DNA of 54,079 bases from Girardia tigrina (taxonomy: Eukaryota), in assembly GCA_001938485.1 (NCBI GenBank), contig MQRK01216488.1:1-54079 (forward strand), in the 5' to 3' direction. Shown one piece after another: positions 46,935-54,079 of this stretch; position 1 is the first letter of the stretch, and every line of letters starts with the position of its first letter. The translations under genes were made by a program, and so were the position numbers. The notes under the pieces were generated by a model. The model was not told the origin of the DNA. It worked only from the letters and a program-made list of their open reading frames with translations, and ran no database searches.

Positions 46935-47510
46935 ATGGAAGGACATGGAAGAAATTTAACCTGGTCTCTATTGAGACAGAAATAATTTGGCTCAACAGAG
47001 GAACAGAGTTAGGTAAAATTACAAACTGGTGGGCGAAAATAAATTTTGTATTACAAAATATTCAGACTGCACCAAATCAAGATAGAGTTGTTGCAAAATG
47101 AACACGGTATCTGTGTAAATGTACACTAGAGTCTAGATTGGGAGAGACGACTTACTAACGGAGAAACAGATATAATAAGGGTTAACACCGATGAACATTT
47201 ACTGCAAAAGTCGATGCTCAACAAAAGTGTGTCCATGACACTTAGAAGGTTTGTAGAAAAGTAATGGACACACAAATGGCTTAAGTGGAGCGATGCCGGG
47301 GGATTTGCAAGAAGTCTATTCTCCTTGGTTAATTTTCACGATGTAGTATATGACGGAGGGCTTAAATACACTGAATGGTACTTTGTTCACAAAACAATAA
47401 CATGCACAGTGCCCATCAACTACCAACCTGGTGTTCGTATTAATTGCTGACACTGTAGAAGATGTTCACAGAAGAAAGAAACTGGGCGCACGTCTTGACC
47501 GAGTGCCCTA
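46935..47510 (+). pseudogene. Degenerate R2/NeSL-type non-LTR retrotransposon, right half (CCHC knuckle)
   Basis: CRRCSQKKET/AHVLTEC at 47454-47506 with a 1-nt frameshift; colinear with the GGLG half left of the Polinton. Confidence 0.65.
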
Positions 47511-48861
47511 ATTGTAAGGAATATTTTAAATTGTTTGCATGTGTGAAAGTATTGATGCTGTATGTTGATTTGTGTATGCTGAACTTAGAATGGTGATTCT
47601 CCCACCCAGATGGAAATTGGTATTTTATAAAATTTAAAGTAATTGACAAATTCGAACATAATTAAAATAATAAGTTTTTATTTTTTAAATTAACACTTTA
47701 AATTAAGTTTAATATTTTTTTAAGAAAAGAAAATCATTTTATTAAATTTAAATAAATTTAATAAGATTTAAATTAAAGTCATTTTAATAATTTGATATGT
47801 TGCGGTCGAAAATCACTTACGCGTTTTACGTATTAACACAAACATATAAAACACAACACTCAGTAAACACGAAGAAAAAGAAACGAGAAAGGCGTTACTG
47901 CAAAATATTTATTTGATCATCATACCACAAAAGTTACAGACCAAGTTCAGAAAGTTCCAAAAGCAGTATTAGTCCCCTCGTAGACCGATAGAACAGTGAA
48001 GACACCACATCAAAACTGAAACATAACCTAAAGGAAATAAATAAAGTTGAATAAAAATGCACCTAATAGCAGAAACTGAGTAGACGTTCCCGTCTGAGTA
48101 GAGCATCGTTGGAGAAATCTGCGACGAATGCTCGTCTGAAAATTGCACTGACCTGGGAGAAGTTATCAACCCTGAAAGAATAAGAATTAATTAACAACCA
48201 GACAAAAAATTACAAAGAGCGTAACCGAATTATCCAGTAGAGTTAGGAGGTCATCTGACCCTCTCCTGAGAGCTCTCCGTGTACCGAATCCCTGAGTAAG
48301 TCCGGAGAGTCCGTAGCACATTCTCGTGACGAAGATATAAGACACTGAAATAAGATAAAAAGTTAATTGAAATTACCAAATTAATTCAGGACTTACATGA
48401 GTCAACCAAAAGTCTAGAAAAATAATCACGCGATTATTCACTATGAATAATCCGTGATTCACGAGGCACATGATACTAACAACCTGCAAAGCATAGTTAA
48501 AAAATTCTACAATAAATCAAAAACTCACTTCCAAAATCGTAGACACACAGACACGCACACCACAAGCATAGCTCGAATAGACCAACCATTATTGCAGAAA
48601 TTATTGAATTCCTCGTTGGGAGACAGCGATGGGGTGAAGCAGAACATCATGACATGAAATCTGCAGTATAAAACCCTAGACAGTTTTAGAATTGACTGAC
48701 GGAGAAGTACAAATTTAGAAAAAAGAACACACAAAATTTCTAGAAAATCTTAATTAGAACGAGCATTTTTGCAATAAGCGAAACAAATTCAGAGTGAATG
48801 AAAAAAAATCGAACGCAGAAAGCCATTACGCCATCAGCAGACAGAGAGTTTAAATCCGAAT

Positions 48862-49660
48862 TTGATGTATTTAGATTGTGGAAAATCGTTCCAATCCAAA
48901 GTTATGAAGGAACTAGCAGAACATTATAAAATTCAGATAAAATATTCAAGCCCATATCATTACAACACCAATGGGCTAATCGAAAGACAATTTAAGACAA
49001 TTCGAGATTTTATATCTTCCTCTTTAAAAGATAAAAATGGAAATAACTTTGATCGACTTATTGCCAGAAGTTGGATATTCCTTAAATGCCACAACACAAA
49101 AGTCAATCGGAATGAGTCCAGCAGAAGTCGTATTTGGTTTTCCGATAAATAGACAATGAAATAGTAATAAAGAAATAGGAAAAAATCGTGACGATATTTT
49201 AAATATCGTTAGGCAGAATCAAAGTAAAATTGCATATGATAATATTAAACGGGGAAATAGAGAATTTAATGTGGGAGAACATTTTCTAGAAAAAGTTGAA
49301 AACAGAAGTAATAAAGATGATAACCGTTACGAGGGGTCGATGAAAATTCATAAAAAGCGACATGACAGAAGCTATGAATTACAAGATAAAAACGGAAAAT
49401 TATTGGTCAGGAATATAGAGTCGTTGAATCCTTCTAAAACGAGGGGGGAAGTGAGATATTATAAAATTAAATTTAAATTAATTAAATAAAATATTACGCA
49501 ATTAACAAATTTAGAATAATTCTAAATTTGTATTATATAACTATTACGGGGTCGAAAGCAGAGTTAACCTTTAACTCTCCCTTTATTCTGTATATAACTG
49601 ATGTATGTGTGTTTGTAATTTAGTTTATTAAATATATTCTAGTGTAGATCTTTTGTCTTC
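48862..49660 (+). mobile_element. Ty3/Gypsy 3' remnant: integrase core, C-terminal module, PPT and LTR start
   Basis: DCGKSFQS..SSPYHYNTNGLIERQFKTIRD, SPAEVVFG, RSYEL..VRNI; GAGGGGGGAAG at 49441-49451 then TG at 49452; LTR end uncertain. Confidence 0.8.
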
Positions 49661-52600
49661 TAACAGTCTTTTTTATCGAAATCAATTACCATTTCTAATT
49701 TAAATTATTTTGTAATAAATTTATATTTTTTATAAAAAATTTATTTAAATTTATTTTTAAAATTCTTATATTTTAATTTATATTTTATAATGTTCTTGAA
49801 ATTTCTTTTTCTTGATTTACTTAAAAAAATTTATAGGAGTTTCTCAAAATCCTCACACGAACTACTGAACCATCTGAAAGTGATACTGAACTGAATGGTT
49901 TTCTCGGTGAACCGTCCGAGACATCATCTACGATTCAGAACGAGGGGCTCTATTTGCCAAGGCAGAATTCAGAGATCTATGCTATCATCAATGGGAGGCG
50001 CGGTCGAGCAGGAGTGTTGTAATCGTGGGAATTGTCACACCACCGAGGTGATTCATTGAGAGCACAATAAAAGTGGGATCCGATCGACTCACCAAAGCCA
50101 ACGCGATTTCCGATCGAGATTTCCAGCTGATAGGACTTTCCACAGTTGAGTTTCCCAGAGCGGAGCTTACTCGAGTGACCGGCTGGAACACAGTAATATT
50201 CAAATGAAGGAATTCTAGAAATATTTTCGTTGCTAATTTTGTCTTTCTTTTATTTTAAAATTTCAAGTTGCACTTCCCGGTATATACAGTTAAATATTTG
50301 AAATCGAGTATCATCAAATCTTCTACAATCCCTAAAATAAGAGAATCAAGCATTGATAATTTTGATTGTTTGAAGGGGCCTAATTATTAACCACAGATTT
50401 TATTTACTAAAAAAATCAAATATAATTTTTCAAATAGTATTTATCAAATTTATTATTATATTATTCATTAATATATTTTTTGTAAAATTTTAAAAACGAA
50501 TTTATTTTTTCATTTTTTACAAAAAAAAACTAAAATTAACAAAAGTTAATTCATTAAAAAAAACGAATTTCGTAAAATTTTCAAAAGACAAAAATAAATT
50601 TTTGTCAATTAAAAACGAGAACAATTAGCGTTCGGTTTGTTGTTGTTGTTTTTATTCTAAATCATGAAATTGCTTCATGGTGAAGATCATAAAAATCATC
50701 GAATGATTTATGGCTTCATTTCCTGTTGTCAAAATTAACAAAACAAACTTCTTTCTTGCTAAGATGCGTGAGCCGATGTACCGTTTTCGTTCAGTTTATT
50801 CAATAATTCTCAATTTTCCTAAGTGATACTTTGTATCGATTATGTTACAAAGCAGTATAAAAGCAGCCTCTCCCAAGTGCCATTGATGCGTGTATTGTTT
50901 CATTCTTGAATTTTTATGAGTAGGCCTCGTAGAAAATCGTCATTTTAAGACCCACCGGACTCTTGATTTCATTAATTAACACGAATAGTGGATACTGCAG
51001 CTCTTCAACTGCTTGTCGACAATGCTCTGGTAATTATCGGATAATTGGATTCGGTTTCTGACATTTATTTGAGTATTTCTGCACGAATAAGGCGAAAATT
51101 AACTTTATTATTCGTTAATTATTATTTCCCATAAAAATTGCTTATGGAAAATTTGTTCATTTGGTTTTGAATAGTTTTTTCCCGTTTTAACATTGGAATA
51201 AATTAGGCGATTCATTCGACCGTGAATCCATTTTTCGTCTTCCTGTTACTTGACCTAATAATTCGAGATGGCTTAATTTATGTTTTCTAACACAAAAATG
51301 ATGGACATTTAGTTATAAATTAATTATTATATATTTTTCTTTTAATTTGAGTTCTTTGTTAATTTTTTGTAATAAAAATAATCAAATATTTTTTTGTTAA
51401 TTTTATTTTTGTTTTAGTCTCTATGTGAAAATATTAATACAAATAATTATAATAATTTTTTTTAATGATAAAACCGCTAATGTTTTTTTGTAATACATTT
51501 CAATGGATTAACCCTTATTGGGTTCTTGATCAAAAGACATTATCATGAACACAAAAATTTATTTCTATAACAATTTGAATTTCTTAAACAAATATTTTTG
51601 AGGAACTTTTGTACTTTCTTTTTTACACAACTATTATAAATAAAAATATGATTAGTACATTTTTTACAAATTAAAATATTTCAACGATCATCCGACTTCT
51701 ATATATTTTCTTTAATAAAAAATTATAGTGAATAAAAATTTTGTCACAAAGATTTTGTTGCGTCTTTTATTAATTTTTCAATTTTATGGTACATTTAAAT
51801 TTACCTGTTTCTCAATTACATTTTCCAAAAAATTAAAATCGCATTTTTTATTTAAGTCGAGTTAATGGTTTTACAATTATTTTTTAATTCCCATTTTAAT
51901 TTCCAAAAAAAATTATAATTACTTTTTCCAAAAAAAATATAAGCACATTTTTAATTTACTTTGATTTAAAAGTTACCAAAATGGTTTAGTTTACTTTTAT
52001 TTCGCAAATAAATATCAAAACTTAAATTACTTTTTATTTTATTCCAAATAAATATTTTCATCAAATTTGAAATTAACTTTTTTACTTTATAATAAATCTT
52101 TACATAAATATTTTAATAACCCTACCGTAAAATTTATTTATTTCTTACTTAAATTAATTTTTTACATTAAATTTCTGAAAATCTTATTTTCACATATTTA
52201 TAACAATATTTTACGGAATGTAATTGTTTATTTAATGATTTGATAAGATTCAAAAATTTTATATTTTATGAACGCTCCCAACAACCCTCATCTTCAGACA
52301 AAATACACAAAGCCTTTACATCATTTATACACTCTTAGTTTTTTGAGAGCTGGCCATAGGGTTCCGCCATTTATCTGATGTTCGTTTATGTTATAAAAAG
52401 TTTTCAACTAACTTTATTTAATTTAGTTTATTTTGAAATACTGTCAAAATAAAAACAGTGAAAATGACGACTTCAACTGTAGAGTTAACTTGTATTTACA
52501 TTATTATCTCTTGCAAATATTTAAAAAATATATTTTACAAATTTTAAATATTGATTATATTTTTTTTATTTAAAATGAATTTTAGTTAAATCAAGACAAA

Positions 52601-54079
52601 AATGAAGCTGGAAACTAGATTATATTTAAGAACATAATTTTTAAAAATACAGATTATGTTTTGGTTAACTAACTTTTGGTGATACCCCTAGAATCCTGAT
52701 GTAGTCCCTTAACTAGTTTATCACCATACAAGTCCGTTTGCATATAGTTATGATTGTTACTCAGCATGACACTGAGCTTATATTGGGAACAGCCCATGAG
52801 ATTTATGAGACTGCAACACGATTTTTATGTATTGGATTTCATACAAGATATTTTAAGCTATACTAGTATTTTTCCGCTTAACTTTATTGGAAAAGTACAA
52901 AAAAACATTGGACCAAAATCGAAAATAGACTTAAAATTCCCAAAGAAAATTCGTCCATGTAATCGACTTTATGCTAAACAAATAAGTTAACAGTAAATAT
53001 ATTTTATGAAATATAAAGCGTTTAGAGTGTATATTTATGCTTTGTTTTTAATGCATATATGCTTAAAAGAACTTACAATAATTATATATTAGCCAAATAT
53101 ATAAAAAAATGAAGTTGAATTTATTTTCATACATAATCAATAGAATAATGAAATATTGTTTAGAATAATATTGTTTGCCACACGCTCCGGAAGTGGATTC
53201 TGGAGAACTTTAACACTTAGAGGTGCATCGCCACAGAGATAATCCGGATCGATATTCTGTTCAGAAATGATGTCAAGAAGATGCAAAGACCTACCAGGAA
53301 CTTTTATTTCAGAGACCTTAAATGATTTCTCAGCCTTTTTTTCTAATAAAAAAACAATATTTCTCTTTTACACAGTTTTGAGCCCCATCTAGGGGTCAAT
53401 ATTACCCATAGAAACACACAAAATTCTCTCTGACTCTTTCTTTGCACATTGACATTCGGCACTTTGAAATAGTAACTGAAATAAGACTCGCCAGAAATTT
53501 TATTGAACAGTCGTTGACGGAAACTATTTCATAGTAATATCTCGTAACATTTCGGACAGCTGTCTTCATGTTTTTGAAACATAAAGTCATAACGCTTATC
53601 GCATATGGAATCACCGCAAAATTAGCAGCAAAATGTCAAATATATAATAATATTATTTGCACTCTGACGTTTTGGGTAAATTTGAATTACATCTTCCATA
53701 ATCTTGCAATATCAATTTATTAAAGAATTATTTGAATAAATCAATGCTAAGATAAATGTAAAAGATAAATCAAATTCAGTTAATTTCAAAACAAACAAAG
53801 GATAATTTTCAAATCTTTATTTTTGTCACGTACACCTATTCACTCTGACCACTATCACCAAATTAACAAGCGAAATCTATTATCAATCACAATTTAAAGC
53901 CGACATATTTTTCATTCTATTCATGCGTTTAAATAACCAAAATAAGTGCATAACCTGCAGCGGCTCTAGCGGTACTAGAACCCCGATGCAAGTTTCTGTT
54001 TAGCGCCCTTTATCAAAAAATATATCAAAAAACTCAAATACAAATTAAACAGTATATTGATTATTGTATAATATTTAAT

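Noticed and set aside
46707-46985. ORFs within the right TIR
   Set aside because: Chance frames in the GC-rich repeat; one crosses the element boundary
49840-51300. GC-richer coding-like patches
   Set aside because: Stop-ridden and no family recognised
53160-53640. Degenerate minus-strand reading frame
   Set aside because: No identifiable domain

Overview
AT-rich, transposon-dense eukaryotic (probably invertebrate) scaffold window with four N-gaps plus a larger gap; the host cannot be identified from this sequence. The main feature is a full-length but decaying Polinton/Maverick (adintovirus-like) element at 28085-46934, with AGTAGT...ACTACT ends and a 6-bp ATGGAA target-site duplication. 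It sits inside an old R2/NeSL-type non-LTR retrotransposon and has itself been hit by a Tc1/mariner element (in the left TIR) and a solo LTR. It encodes a pPolB pseudogene, fiber-like protein, adenain, two penton paralogs, a PZ-like protein, packaging ATPase, HTH-ZnF protein, membrane-lytic core protein and major capsid protein. It also encodes a single ORF fusing a parvovirus-type PLA2 to the integrase across a candidate adenain site, and each terminus is a ~213-bp cassette bounded by its own 27-bp inverted repeat. The left half holds remnants of large LTR retroelements with unusual cargo. One is a Bcl-2-like domain fused in frame, through a hydrophobic signal-anchor, to a chuvirus-type class III glycoprotein, flanked by a retropepsin and a REX4/ISG20-like exonuclease. 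Another is an array of small single-exon ORFs, each with its own splice acceptor and poly(A) signal, upstream of a PPT/LTR. Also present are fragments of Penelope, piggyBac, pogo, Tc1 and Gypsy elements, a ubiquitin-like fragment and a DHDDS/CHD chimeric pseudogene. All family assignments come from motif recognition by eye; no database searches were run.
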